A DNA stretch of 64,000 nt from an uncultured Desulfarculus sp. (lineage in GTDB: Bacteria; Desulfobacterota; Desulfarculia; Desulfarculales; Desulfarculaceae). Every line of letters begins with the position of its first letter. Within the stretch, counting starts at the first letter, position 1. A model generated the notes under the pieces. The model was not told where the DNA came from and searched no databases. It was given only the letters and a program-made list of their open reading frames with translations. The translations under genes were made by a program, and so were the position numbers. Of the stretch, positions 39,720-50,058 are shown in pieces. The stretch lies in the NCBI GenBank assembly GCA_963665125.2, contig CAXXUK010000001.1, positions 2,496,001-2,560,000 on the forward strand, written 5' to 3'.

Positions 39720-41661
39720 CGGATTCCTCAGGTTCGCCTTTATCAGCGGCCCAGGGTTCATGATCCACCGGACCGTCGCCGGGCAAATCCCGGGGAACCG
39801 AGTCTTGGGCCGGCGGCGCAGGAGGCGCACTTTCGGCGCCGCGCGGCTTGCCTGTTACAAAAGATAACACCGCCTCGGCGTCCAGAGTCTCTTCTTCGAG
39901 AAGAGCATTGGCCAGGGCTTCGAGTTTTTCGCGGTTATCGCGCAATAGATGCAAGGCCGTTTCGTGGGCATCCACAACCAGACGGCGCACCTCGCTATCG
40001 ATGGCGATGGCCGTTTCCTCGGAATAGTTGCGGGGGGAGCCCAGCTCGCGGCCCAGGAAGGGATGAGTTTCCTGTTTGCCGAACGTGGCCGGACCCAGCT
40101 TGTCGCTCATGCCCCATTCGCAGACCATCTTGCGGGCCAGTTCCGTGGCCCGTTCGATGTCATTGCCCGCGCCGGTGGTGATCTTGTCCAGCACCAGTTC
40201 CTCGGCGGCCCGGCCGCCCAGCAGCACGGCCAGGTTGTTGATCAGATAATCTTTGGGATATGTATGGCGCTCGTCCACGGGCAACTGCTGGGTCAGCCCC
40301 AGGGCCCGGCCGCGGGGGATGATCGTAACCTTGTGTACCGGGTCGGTGCCGGGCAGCAGCATGGCCACCAAGGCGTGCCCCCCTTCGTGATAGGCCGTGG
40401 TTCGTTTTTCCTCGTCGGTGAGGATCAGGCTGCGGCGCTCGGTGCCCATGAGCACCTTGTCCTTGGCCCGCTCGAAGTCGATCATCTCCACCACGTCTTT
40501 GTTTTCCCGGGCGCCCAAAAGGGCCGCCTCGTTGACCAGGTTTTCCAGATCGGCGCCGGAAAAGCCCGGCGTGCCCCTGGCCAGCACCGAAAGATCGACA
40601 TCCGGCCCCAGGGGCGTGCGGCGGGTGTGCACCTCGAGAATCTTTTCGCGGCCCCGCACGTCCGGGTTGGGCACCACGACCTGGCGGTCGAAGCGGCCGG
40701 GGCGCAAGAGCGCCGGGTCCAGCACGTCGGGCCGGTTGGTGGCGGCGATGAGGATAACGCCCTCGTTGGACTCGAAGCCGTCCATCTCCACCAAAAGCTG
40801 GTTCAGGGTCTGCTCGCGCTCGTCGTGTCCGCCGCCCAGGCCCGCGCCGCGGTGGCGGCCCACGGCGTCGATCTCGTCGATGAAAATGATGCAGGGGGCG
40901 TGCTTCTTACCTTGCAGAAACAGATCGCGCACCCTGGAGGCGCCCACGCCAACGAACATTTCCACGAAGTCAGATCCGCTGATGGAGAAAAACGGCACCC
41001 CGGCCTCGCCGGCGATGGCCCTTGCCAGCAGGGTCTTGCCCGTGCCGGGCGAACCCACCAGCAATACGCCCTTGGGTATGCGTCCGCCCAGCCTGGTGAA
41101 CTTCTTGGGATCGCGCAGGAACTCGACGATCTCCTCCAGTTCCTCCTTGGCCTCGTCCACTCCGGCCACGTCATCAAAGGTGATGCGGCGTCCCGTGGGC
41201 TCGGTCATCAACTGGGCTTTGCTCTTGCCGAAACTGAAGGCCTTGCCCCCTCCGGACTGCATCTGTCGCATGAAGAAGATCCACACGCCGATCAACAACA
41301 GCATGGGGAACCACGACGCCAGCAGGGTCATGTACCAGGGGGAATCGTCCATGGGCTTGGCCGAAATCTGCACGCCCTTTTCCCGCAGAGATTTGATCAT
41401 GTCCGGGTCTTCGGGGGCGTAGGTACGGAAGCGCATGCCGTCGCTGCGCTTTTCGCCCAGTATTTCCTGGCCTTGGATGGATACTCGGGCAACCTCGTTT
41501 TGGCTGACCATATCCATGAATTCGGAATAAGACACCGCGTTTGACGTGGACGTCTTTTGGTTGAACATGTTGAACAGAAAGACCATCATCAGGCTGATGA
41601 CCAGCCAGAGGGCCAGATTTCTATAGATCGGATTGATTGGGGGCTTTTCGCCTTGACTCAT
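39712..41661 (-). CDS. ftsH: ATP-dependent zinc metalloprotease FtsH
   Basis: Two TM helices, [18 protein letters not shown]; exact start uncertain. Confidence 0.96.
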   Translation of the reverse strand: MSQGEKPPINPIYRNLALWLVISLMMVFLFNMFNQKTSTSNAVSYSEFMDMVSQNEVARVSIQGQEILGEKRSDGMRFRTYAPEDPDMIKSLREKGVQISAKPMDDSPWYMTLLASWFPMLLLIGVWIFFMRQMQSGGGKAFSFGKSKAQLMTEPTGRRITFDDVAGVDEAKEELEEIVEFLRDPKKFTRLGGRIPKGVLLVGSPGTGKTLLARAIAGEAGVPFFSISGSDFVEMFVGVGASRVRDLFLQGKKHAPCIIFIDEIDAVGRHRGAGLGGGHDEREQTLNQLLVEMDGFESNEGVILIAATNRPDVLDPALLRPGRFDRQVVVPNPDVRGREKILEVHTRRTPLGPDVDLSVLARGTPGFSGADLENLVNEAALLGARENKDVVEMIDFERAKDKVLMGTERRSLILTDEEKRTTAYHEGGHALVAMLLPGTDPVHKVTIIPRGRALGLTQQLPVDERHTYPKDYLINNLAVLLGGRAAEELVLDKITTGAGNDIERATELARKMVCEWGMSDKLGPATFGKQETHPFLGRELGSPRNYSEETAIAIDSEVRRLVVDAHETALHLLRDNREKLEALANALLEEETLDAEAVLSFVTGKPRGAESAPPAPPAQDSVPRDLPGDGPVDHEPWAADKGEPEESDA

Positions 41662-43120
41662 TACACACGGCCCAGGTTGGAAGTAGCAAGTTATGCTCAA
41701 AATACGAGCCTTTAGATTGCATACTATATGGCCAATTTGCTTTGGTGTCAACGAGGCTTAGCTCAATCCATGGTTCTGAGCCGACATTAATTGCCGCCCG
41801 CTGAGCCACCTTCAGCGGACCGGCCCACAGCGGACCTTTTTGGTCGGCGACAATCACCAGCCTCTTGCGCCACCATATGGGCACCTTATTGTCGATAAGC
41901 ACCTTGCTTAGGCGTTTGGCCCCCGGCGCGCCCAGTGGGTGGAACACCTCGCCGGTTCGGGGCGGGCGGATGACCAGAGGCCAGGCGATTACGGCCTCAG
42001 GCAGCCAGGCCACTGGACCGGCCGCGGTCAATTCCCGCGGTTTATCAACACGTTTGACAATCAACCGCGCCCCGATGTGGGGTAAATCCACTTCTCCCGG
42101 CCCATGCAACTCGTGGCCAAGAGCCGGAGGGGCTTCATCGGACCCCAGGCGCAGCCAACCGTGCTCGCGCCAGGCCGCCAGTCCGGTGGGCAGGCACAAC
42201 GACCTGCCGGGCCGCCCGGCCAGCAGGTCCATTAACCGCGTCATGTGATCGTAGAGCAGGTGCTGGCCGCCGCCGGTGAGCAGATCGGCCACCCTGCGCA
42301 GAATCCGCCGGACCTGGAAGGCCTCCAGCCCCGCCAGCCAGCCTGTTTCCAGGCAGATGCTGGGGCCCTCGGCCTTGGCGTTGCGCGCCAGGGCGTCGTC
42401 GCACCACCCGCGCCAGAAGTCCTCTTCCTCGGCGCAAAGCGAGGCGAACCGGGCCAGGGCCTCGACGGAGCGAGGGTTGACCAATTCCCCGGCCAGGGGC
42501 AGCAGGCTGTTTCTGACGCGGTTGCGTTGGAAACGCGGGTCCGCGTTGCTGGCGTCTTCCCGCCACGGCTGGCCGATTTTCTCCAGCCAGCGGCGCAGGT
42601 CCTCCCGGCGCAGGCCAAGCAACGGCCGCCAGATCAGGCCGTCTCCGGACCGCATGGCCGCCAGGCCCGTGGGACCGCTGCCGGAAAGCAACCGGGCCAG
42701 CACGGTTTCGGCCTGGTCATCCATGGTGTGGGCCAAGGCCAGGGTTTTCGCCCCGCATTCTTCGGCCATGGCCACCAAGGCCCGCCTCCGGGCGTTGCGG
42801 GCGTTTTCCTCGGGAGATCCCGGCCCGGCCACCTCCACCCGCCGCACCATACACGGCAAGCCCAGTCCGGCGGCCAGACTTTGCACGAACGCGGCGTCAC
42901 CAACCGACTCGGGCCGCAGGCCGTGGTCCACATGCCCCACATGCAACAGCCAGCCATTATCGGCCGCCGCCGCGTGCAGCAGCCTGAGCATGGCCACCGA
43001 ATCGGCCCCGCCGCTGACGGCCACCAGCAACGGCCCCGGTCCCGGATATGGTCCGGTCATTTCCGGCCTATCGGCGGCCTTGACGCTGGAGCCCCGTGGA
43101 TATAAGTTCTTGTTAGACAT
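41621..43120 (-). CDS. tilS: tRNA(Ile)-lysidine synthetase
   Basis: [28 protein letters not shown]; start may be 43060. Confidence 0.92.
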   Translation of the reverse strand: MSNKNLYPRGSSVKAADRPEMTGPYPGPGPLLVAVSGGADSVAMLRLLHAAAADNGWLLHVGHVDHGLRPESVGDAAFVQSLAAGLGLPCMVRRVEVAGPGSPEENARNARRRALVAMAEECGAKTLALAHTMDDQAETVLARLLSGSGPTGLAAMRSGDGLIWRPLLGLRREDLRRWLEKIGQPWREDASNADPRFQRNRVRNSLLPLAGELVNPRSVEALARFASLCAEEEDFWRGWCDDALARNAKAEGPSICLETGWLAGLEAFQVRRILRRVADLLTGGGQHLLYDHMTRLMDLLAGRPGRSLCLPTGLAAWREHGWLRLGSDEAPPALGHELHGPGEVDLPHIGARLIVKRVDKPRELTAAGPVAWLPEAVIAWPLVIRPPRTGEVFHPLGAPGAKRLSKVLIDNKVPIWWRKRLVIVADQKGPLWAGPLKVAQRAAINVGSEPWIELSLVDTKANWPYSMQSKGSYFEHNLLLPTWAVCNESRRKAPNQSDL

Positions 43121-43145
43121 ACTTTACACAAGCGGGATGCAAGCC

Positions 43146-43586
43146 ATGCCCAAAGGCGAAATCGTTTCAGTGAATATCAGCCTTGAAAAAGGGCTGCCCA
43201 AAAAACCTATAGACCAGGGACGCCTGGAGCCCGATGTCGGCTTGGTGGGCGACGCTCATGCCGGGGCCTGGCACCGTCAGCTGTCGCTGTTGGCCCTGGA
43301 GTCCATTGATATAATGCGCCAACGCGGCGCCGAGGTAAACCCTGGTGATTTTGCCGAAAACATTACCACCAAGGGCCTGAGCCTGCACACCTTGCCGGTT
43401 GGCACGCGCTTGAAGCTGGGCGGCGTTGAGGCCGAGGTCACACAGATCGGCAAGGAATGCCACGCCGGGTGCGCAATCCGTAAGCTGGTGGGCGACTGCA
43501 TTATGCCCCGCCAGGGAATTTTCGTTAGAGTGCTGAATCCGGGAACTGTAAAACCCGGCGACCCGGTTGAACTGTTGGAGGGCTAG
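43146..43586 (+). CDS. MOSC-domain protein
   Basis: GDAHAG.WHRQLSLL, PGDFAENIT, TQIGKECH..C..GDCIMP. Confidence 0.88.
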   Translation: MPKGEIVSVNISLEKGLPKKPIDQGRLEPDVGLVGDAHAGAWHRQLSLLALESIDIMRQRGAEVNPGDFAENITTKGLSLHTLPVGTRLKLGGVEAEVTQIGKECHAGCAIRKLVGDCIMPRQGIFVRVLNPGTVKPGDPVELLEG

Positions 43587-43981
43587 TGTCAGCCAGAGTC
43601 ACAGCCATAAGCGGACGCAACTGCACGTATTACCTTGACGGCCGGTGCAGCCGCACCCGCAACCAGGGACAAAGCGCCCAGGCCTTTTGCCCGGTAATGC
43701 AGCAGCGGGGGAAATTGGGGGCCAAGACCCGCGATCGTTTGAACCGGCTGGAGCACCTGACTGACCCCAAAGACAGGGAAGTGGCCAGGCGGCACATCAT
43801 GCAAAAAACATCCGAGGCCGTCCAGAAGCTCACCTGCGCGGACTTTGAAGCGGACTACCATGGCCAGCTTTGCCGCCACCAACACCTGATTTACTGCAAA
43901 CTCCTCCTGCCCCAGTGCGAGGGCCGCTGTGATCATTTCATGGTCCGGAGTAAAATCCCGGCGGAGTCCACGGAACTGTGA
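43586..43981 (+). CDS. Hypothetical Cys/His-rich protein
   Basis: Overlaps both neighbours (1 nt and 4 nt) in an apparent operon; 8 Cys. Confidence 0.65.
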   Translation: MSARVTAISGRNCTYYLDGRCSRTRNQGQSAQAFCPVMQQRGKLGAKTRDRLNRLEHLTDPKDREVARRHIMQKTSEAVQKLTCADFEADYHGQLCRHQHLIYCKLLLPQCEGRCDHFMVRSKIPAESTEL

Positions 43982-44460
43982 AAAAAGACCTGCTATGCCC
44001 CGGTTGCGGCGCCACGGTGGAAACATACCGCAACCCAACCCCCACCGTTGATATCATCATCGAACTTGAGGATGGCAGCCTGCCGGGGCCCGTGGTGCTG
44101 ATCGAGCGCAACAATCCGCCCCATGGCTGGGCCATACCCGGCGGTTTCGTTGATTACGGCGAAAGCGTGGAGCAGGCCGCCCGGCGCGAAGCCCTGGAGG
44201 AGACAGGCCTTGAAGTGGAATTGCTGGCCCTCATCGGCGTATACTCAAAGCCGGACCGCGATCCCCGCCAGCACACCCAGACCACGGTCTTCGCGGCCAA
44301 GGCCAAGGGCAGACCCCAGGCGGGCGACGACGCCGGACGGGCGGTTGCCTACAGCCTTGACAACCTGCCGAAACAATTATGCTTTGATCACGGCCGCATT
44401 CTTGATCATTACCGGGCCTGGCGGTTGGGCCTGCGCCCCGCCGCGCCGGTGTTGGAGTAG
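43978..44460 (+). CDS. Nudix hydrolase
   Basis: PGGFVDYGESVEQAARREALEETG Nudix box; CPGC; DRDPR. Confidence 0.92.
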   Translation: MKKDLLCPGCGATVETYRNPTPTVDIIIELEDGSLPGPVVLIERNNPPHGWAIPGGFVDYGESVEQAARREALEETGLEVELLALIGVYSKPDRDPRQHTQTTVFAAKAKGRPQAGDDAGRAVAYSLDNLPKQLCFDHGRILDHYRAWRLGLRPAAPVLE

Positions 44461-44463
44461 ATC

Positions 44464-45018
44464 ATGAGCCAAAACCAGATAAGCCCCCAGGGTCGCAAGA
44501 TGCTCCTGGCCGCAGCCAGAGGCACCATCAAGGACGTGGTCGGCGGCGGCCAGCCCCAGGCCCGCGACGCCGGAGACGAAGGTCTGCTGATGAACCGCGG
44601 CGCCTTTGTAACCCTGCACAAGCGCGGCAACCTGCGTGGCTGCATCGGCAACTTCGCCGGCGAGGGCCCCCTGGTCTTCACCATACAGCAAATGGCCATC
44701 GCAGCGGCCACCCAGGACCCGCGCTTTTCGCCGGTGAGCCCCGAGGAAATGGGCGACATCGACATAGAGATCAGCGTGCTCTCCCCCCTGGAAGAGATCG
44801 ACGATCCGGCCAACGTCGAGGTGGGCAAGCACGGCGTCTACATCATCAGCCCCCGGGGACGGGGCGTGCTCCTGCCCCAGGTGGCCACAGAACAAGGCTG
44901 GGACCGCGACACCTTCCTGGACCACACCTGCCTCAAGGCCGGCCTGCAACCCGGCTGCTGGCGCGACCCCGACGTCACGATCCTGGTCTTCACCGCTGAA
45001 ATATTCGGCGAAAAATAA
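44464..45018 (+). CDS. AMMECR1-domain (AmmeMemoRadiSam protein A)
   Basis: GAFVTL..LRGCIG, DPRF, EISVLS, LLPQVA, CLKAG. Confidence 0.92.
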   Translation: MSQNQISPQGRKMLLAAARGTIKDVVGGGQPQARDAGDEGLLMNRGAFVTLHKRGNLRGCIGNFAGEGPLVFTIQQMAIAAATQDPRFSPVSPEEMGDIDIEISVLSPLEEIDDPANVEVGKHGVYIISPRGRGVLLPQVATEQGWDRDTFLDHTCLKAGLQPGCWRDPDVTILVFTAEIFGEK

Positions 45019-45020
45019 TT

Positions 45021-45319
45021 TTTGGGGAGACCCTTTTTTGAAAAAAAGGGTCTCCCCAAACCCCTTCCCAAAAAACTTCGTGCGAAACCTTTTCAGCCTG
45101 CGGCTGCAAAGGTTTCGCGTCGTTTGGCCCTGCCCGTTTTGTTGTTTTCGTTTATTTCCGGCCTCAATTGTTTTGCCAAAGGCAAAACAATTGAGGCTGA
45201 AGAAACATCCCAGCCCCAAAAATAATTGACCGGTTGTTGTTTGGCGGCAAAGCCGCAAACGACAACCGGCAAAGTTTTTTGCGGGGTTTGGGGTGCATTT
45301 TTGAAAAAAGCACCCCAAA
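45021..45319. repeat. Five-hairpin intergenic element, copy 2 (inverted relative to copy 1)
   Basis: Stems 45021-45060 (19 bp), 45082-45118, 45161-45197 (17 bp), ~45230-45269, 45287-45319; reverse complement shares GTTTGCGGCTTTGCCGCCAAA and CGGTCAATTATTTT with 7481-7770. Confidence 0.85.
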
Positions 45320-45325
45320 AAACAA

Positions 45326-45820
45326 TCAGCCTTCGCCGCGAAGCTCGGCGAATTTCTGGGCCAGGCGTTTTTCGACCAGGGGCGGTACGAGGCCGCTGAC
45401 GTTGCCGCCCAGGCCTGCGGCTTCCTTGATAATGGTGGAACTGACGTAGAACCATTTATAGTCGGTCATCAGAAAGACGGTTTGGACGTCTTTATCGAGT
45501 TTGCGGTTCATCAGGGCCATCTGGAATTCGTATTCAAAGTCGCTCATGGCCCGCATGCCCCGCAGCACGACGTTGCCGCCCAGGCTGGTGACGTAGTTCA
45601 TCAGCAGGCCGTCAAAGCATTCGACCCGCACGCCTTTGAGGTGTTTGGTTACTTCGCTGATTATGTCGATGCGTTCATCCACGCTGAAGAGGCTTTTTTT
45701 CTCCGAGTTGCGGCCAATGGCCATTACGATCTCCGGAAAGATCTCCAGTCCGCGTCTCAAGATGGATAAATGCCCATTGGTGATCGGGTCGAAAGAGCCC
45801 GGATAGACCGCAAGTGTCAT
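45326..45820 (-). CDS. coaD: Phosphopantetheine adenylyltransferase
   Basis: YPGSFDPITNGH, RGMR..SDFEYE, SST. Confidence 0.96.
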   Translation of the reverse strand: MTLAVYPGSFDPITNGHLSILRRGLEIFPEIVMAIGRNSEKKSLFSVDERIDIISEVTKHLKGVRVECFDGLLMNYVTSLGGNVVLRGMRAMSDFEYEFQMALMNRKLDKDVQTVFLMTDYKWFYVSSTIIKEAAGLGGNVSGLVPPLVEKRLAQKFAELRGEG

Positions 45821-46383
45821 GACTGTCCCTCGTCTTGCGCCGCCGGCCTCAGCAGCGACAACTCTGTTTGACCATAGGCCCTATGGTCGATTATCTCCAC
45901 ACCCTCGGCGGAAGGAGGTTCGCCGGGCGAGTGCTCCACCACCATCAACCCCTGGGGGGTCAAAAAACCTTCGGTTGACGCCAGCCGGGCCAGCCGGGCC
46001 ACAAAGCCGCGCCCATACGGCGGGTCGGCAAAGGCCAAGTCAAACGGCCCAAGGGCCAACAGCCGGGCGCTGGGCGCCGCGGCGTCGGCCATGATGATCC
46101 GACCGCGCTCTCGCAGGCCCAGTCCGTCCAGGTTTTGGCCAATAACCCGAATAACCGGCCTGCGCAGTTCAACGAACAGGCAGCTTTCCGCTCCCCTGCT
46201 CAGGGCCTCTATGCCTAGAGCCCCCGCCCCCGCGAACAGATCGCAGACCTTGGCGCCATCCACCCTGGCGCCCAGGATATTGAACAGGGCCTGGCGCACT
46301 TTGGCCGACGTTGGCCTTGTTTCCAGACCGGGCGGGGCCTTGATCAGGCGGCCCCTGAGTTCGCCTCCACAGACCTTTAGCAT
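45817..46383 (-). CDS. rsmD: 16S rRNA m2G966 methyltransferase
   Basis: RPT..VRQALFN, DLFAGAG.LGIEALSRGA, DPPY. Confidence 0.92.
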   Translation of the reverse strand: MLKVCGGELRGRLIKAPPGLETRPTSAKVRQALFNILGARVDGAKVCDLFAGAGALGIEALSRGAESCLFVELRRPVIRVIGQNLDGLGLRERGRIIMADAAAPSARLLALGPFDLAFADPPYGRGFVARLARLASTEGFLTPQGLMVVEHSPGEPPSAEGVEIIDHRAYGQTELSLLRPAAQDEGQS

Positions 46384-46407
46384 AGCCCGCCCGGTGTCCC
46401 GCAGCCC

Positions 46408-47430
46408 TTATAGATACTTTTCGCCCAGGATCCTGGCGATCTGCACCGCATTGGTGGCCGCACCCTTGCGGATGTTGTCGGCGACCAGCCATAGGTCTAT
46501 GCCGCTTTCCTGGCTGATGTCCTCGCGGATACGTCCCACCAGTGTCAGGTCCTGGCCCGCGGCGTCCAGGGCCATGGGGTAGTCCTTGTTCTGCGGGTCA
46601 TCGACTACCTTGACGCCCGGCGCGGCGGCCAGCAGGTCGCGGACCTCGGTGGCGCTGAGCTTCTTCTCGGTGGCGATGTTGCAAGACTCGGAGTGGCCGT
46701 AGATCACCGGCACGCGCACGCAGGTGGCCGAAACCATGATGGAATCGTCCTCCATGATCTTGCGCGTCTCATTGACCATCTTCATCTCTTCCTTGGTGTA
46801 GCCGTTATCGGTGAAGACGTCGATGTGCGGCAGAGCGTTGCCGGCGATCTGGTGCGGGTACACGTTCACCGCCGGGGCCTCGTTCTTGCAGTAGATTGAC
46901 CGGAGCTGGTTTTCAAGCTCGACAATGGCCTTTTGACCGGTGCCGCTGACAGCCTGGTAGGTGCTGACGACAACCCGCTTGATCTTGGCCGCGTCGTGGA
47001 TGGGCTTCAACACCACCAACATCTGAATGGTCGAGCAGTTGGGGTTGGCTATGATGCCCTTTTTGGTGTAACCGGCGATGGCGTGGGGGTTGACCTCGGG
47101 CACCACCAGGGGCACGTCCGGGTCCATGCGCCAGGCAGAGGAATTGTCCACCACCACGGCGCCGGATTTGGCCGCAACGGGAGCCCACTGCTGGCTGGTG
47201 CCGCCGCCGGCCGAGAACAGGGCGATGTCGATGCCCTTGAAAGATTCTTTGCCCAGTACCTGGACCTCGATATCCTGGCCCTTGTAGGGCAGCTTCTTGC
47301 CCTTGGAGCGCTCGGAGGCCAGCAGCCTCAGTTCACTGATGGGGAAATCCGCCTCTTCCAGGCACTGAATCATCTGGTTGCCGACCGCGCCGGTGGCTCC
47401 GGCCACAGCCACACGGAACTGCTTGCTCAT
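46408..47430 (-). CDS. asd: Aspartate-semialdehyde dehydrogenase
   Basis: GATGAVG, ANPNCST, YQAVSG, GHSE, DNIRKGAATN. Confidence 0.96.
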   Translation of the reverse strand: MSKQFRVAVAGATGAVGNQMIQCLEEADFPISELRLLASERSKGKKLPYKGQDIEVQVLGKESFKGIDIALFSAGGGTSQQWAPVAAKSGAVVVDNSSAWRMDPDVPLVVPEVNPHAIAGYTKKGIIANPNCSTIQMLVVLKPIHDAAKIKRVVVSTYQAVSGTGQKAIVELENQLRSIYCKNEAPAVNVYPHQIAGNALPHIDVFTDNGYTKEEMKMVNETRKIMEDDSIMVSATCVRVPVIYGHSESCNIATEKKLSATEVRDLLAAAPGVKVVDDPQNKDYPMALDAAGQDLTLVGRIREDISQESGIDLWLVADNIRKGAATNAVQIARILGEKYL

Positions 47431-47626
47431 GCCATTCCTCTTTTTTTTGTCCCGATTACGGGGATTGAATTTTATTGATAATCGGCTATTAATTGCCGGA
47501 ACATAGTCCTAACGTACAAGAGCGGCAATTGCAAATTTTTTTACCGTCCGGCTCCCAAACAGAAGGGCCGGGGCGTCAACCCGTGACATCCCGGCCCGTT
47601 CTCGGTTCTATTTCAGTCCGACTTGC

Positions 47627-49174
47627 CTACAGTCTGCCTTCGTCCGGCGAAACCAGCGAATCATGGGTGCTCACGTATTCCAGGCGGTTGAGGCCGTTTA
47701 AAAAGGCCTTGGCCGAGGCCACCAGGATGTCCGGGTCCGCGCCTTTGCCCAGGACCACACGGCCGTTTTCCTGGAGCCGCACGGTAACCTCGCCCTGGGC
47801 GTCCATGCCGCCGGTGACGCTGGCCACGCTGAAGCGCATCAGCTTTGCCTTGGAGCCGGTGATGCGCAGGATGGCGTTGAACACAGCATCGACAGGGCCG
47901 TTGCCGAATGCCGCGTCGCGTTTTTCATCGCCGCTGTCCCAGATCCGCACCGTGGCCACGGGCTCGACTTCGGTGCCGCTCATCACGTTGAGGTATTTGA
48001 GCTCCCAACGGATGGGGATGCGCAGGATCTCGTCGGCGATCAGGGCCTCGAGGTCCTCATCGACGATGTCCTTTTTCTTGTCGGCCAGGCGTTTGAAGGC
48101 AGAAAACAGCCTGTCGCACTGTTCCACGTCCAGTTCGTAGCCGTTGCCCTTGAGCCAGTTACGCAGGGCGGCCCGGCCCGAGTGTTTGCCCAGAACCACG
48201 GTGTTTTGATCCACACCCACCTCTTCGGGGGTCATGATCTCGTAGGTCAAAGGCTGTTTGAGCACGCCGTCTACATGGATGCCCGCCTCGTGGGCAAATG
48301 CGTTGGCCCCGACAATGGCCTTGTTGGGCTGCACCGGCAGGCCGGTGATCATGGTCACCAGGCGGCTGGTGGAGTACAGCTCGCTACGGGTGACGCCGGT
48401 CTCCAGGCCCAGTTCCTTTTGGCGGGTGGCCAGGGCCATGACCACCTCTTCGATGGAGGCGTTGCCCGCCCGCTCGCCGATGCCGTTGATGCAGCCTTCC
48501 ACCTGGCGGGCTCCGGCCCGCACGCCGGCGATGCTGTTGGCCACGGCCATGCCCAGGTCGTCATGGCAATGCACGCTGATGGTGGCGTTCTTGGCCTCGG
48601 GCACCTGCTCGACGATATAGCTGATGCGCTCATAGAATTCATGGGGCAGGGCGTAGCCCACCGTGTCGGGGATATTGATGGTGGAGGCTCCGGCCTCCAG
48701 GGCCACGCGAACGCATTGGCAGAGGAAGTCCGGATCGCTGCGGCTGGCGTCTTCGGCGCTCCACTGCACATCCTCGCACATGCTGCGGGCGTGGCTTACG
48801 CCGCTTTTGATCTCCTGGAGCACCTGCTCCCGGGTCATCTGCAGCTTGTATTGCAGGTGGATGTCGCTGGTGGCCACGAATGTGTGTATGCGCGGCTTTT
48901 CAGCGTCCTGGATGGCCTCCCAGCAGCGCTCGATATCGGCCGGACGGGTCCGGGACAGGCCGCAGATGATGGGGCCCTTTACGTCCCTGGCAATGGCCTG
49001 GACGGCCTCGAAGTCGCCAGGGCTGGCCGCCGGGAAGCCCGCCTCGATGATATCCACGCCCAGCTTGGCCAGTTTGCGGGCCAAACGGATCTTTTCTTCC
49101 TTGTTCATGGAGGCGCCGGGAGACTGTTCGCCGTCACGCAGGGTAGTGTCAAATATTTTCACATAGTTGGACAT
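47627..49174 (-). CDS. leuA: 2-isopropylmalate synthase
   Basis: DTTLRDGEQ, HCHDDLG, GIGERAGN, regulatory GNGPVDA domain. Confidence 0.95.
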   Translation of the reverse strand: MSNYVKIFDTTLRDGEQSPGASMNKEEKIRLARKLAKLGVDIIEAGFPAASPGDFEAVQAIARDVKGPIICGLSRTRPADIERCWEAIQDAEKPRIHTFVATSDIHLQYKLQMTREQVLQEIKSGVSHARSMCEDVQWSAEDASRSDPDFLCQCVRVALEAGASTINIPDTVGYALPHEFYERISYIVEQVPEAKNATISVHCHDDLGMAVANSIAGVRAGARQVEGCINGIGERAGNASIEEVVMALATRQKELGLETGVTRSELYSTSRLVTMITGLPVQPNKAIVGANAFAHEAGIHVDGVLKQPLTYEIMTPEEVGVDQNTVVLGKHSGRAALRNWLKGNGYELDVEQCDRLFSAFKRLADKKKDIVDEDLEALIADEILRIPIRWELKYLNVMSGTEVEPVATVRIWDSGDEKRDAAFGNGPVDAVFNAILRITGSKAKLMRFSVASVTGGMDAQGEVTVRLQENGRVVLGKGADPDILVASAKAFLNGLNRLEYVSTHDSLVSPDEGRL

Positions 49175-49257
49175 GATTATATTCTCCATGGCAAATGATA
49201 TTGCCGAAATTGCGCAAATTTGGTTGTGAATGATTAAGCTGTTTCGGCGCTGAGAGT

Positions 49258-50058
49258 CTATTCGGAGGAAGTGCCCGGCTCGGGTTCAATTTCGGGCGCC
49301 GGTTCCTTCGCAGCCTCCCTGCGCTCAAGTAGTCGAGCGCCTATCGGACCGCCGGCAACGTATAGGGCCATTAGGAGAAAGCCCATCAGGTAAGGCTGCA
49401 ATGCAACCAACACGAACACCAGGAGGCTGGCCACAACGCCGTTGAAGGAACGCAGTTTGGCCACGCCCATGGATTTGAAGGAAAGATACTGGATGTTGCT
49501 GACCATCAGGAAGCTGAGGACGAACATCAGGCCCAGGGCCACATATGGGTTGAAGGGCATGGGCAGGCTGAGTTGGGTCCACATCATTACCGTGCTGGCC
49601 AGCATACAGGCCGCCGCGGGAATGGGCAGGCCCGTGAAATGCTTGTGCGGCTTGGCGTCGTCGGCGGCCACGTTGAAACGGGCCAGGCGCAACGCGCCGC
49701 AGGCCGCGAAAAGGAACGCGCCGATAAAGCCCAGGCGGCCCAGGGGCTCCAGGGCCCAGACATAGAGCATGATCGCCGGGGCCACGCCAAAGGCCACCAG
49801 GTCGGCCAGGGAATCGTATTCCACGCCGAAGCGGCTGGTGGTTTTAGTGGCCCGGGCCACGCGGCCGTCGAGCCCGTCGAAGACCAGCGAGACAAACACG
49901 GCTATGGAGGCGTGCAGGTAATTGCCGTCGATGGCGGAAACGGCGCAGTAAAAGCCGGCGAACAAACTGGCGGTGGTAAAGAGGTTCGGCAGGACATAGA
50001 TCGCCTTCCTGCGTTGCTCTCTGGTCATTTTCCGCCTTGGTTTGCGCTGGCGCGCCAT
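49258..50058 (-). CDS. pssA: Phosphatidylserine synthase
   Basis: LPNLFT, DGLDGRVAR..FG.EYDSLAD, LRLARFN. Confidence 0.93.
   Translation of the reverse strand: MARQRKPRRKMTREQRRKAIYVLPNLFTTASLFAGFYCAVSAIDGNYLHASIAVFVSLVFDGLDGRVARATKTTSRFGVEYDSLADLVAFGVAPAIMLYVWALEPLGRLGFIGAFLFAACGALRLARFNVAADDAKPHKHFTGLPIPAAACMLASTVMMWTQLSLPMPFNPYVALGLMFVLSFLMVSNIQYLSFKSMGVAKLRSFNGVVASLLVFVLVALQPYLMGFLLMALYVAGGPIGARLLERREAAKEPAPEIEPEPGTSSE

Noticed and set aside
42276..43145. N-terminal 290 codons of the 436-aa ORF
   Set aside because: Antisense to tilS; only the MOSC part from 43146 looks real
45022..45455. Short ORFs within the hairpin element
   Set aside because: Lys/Phe/Pro-biased translations of palindromic DNA
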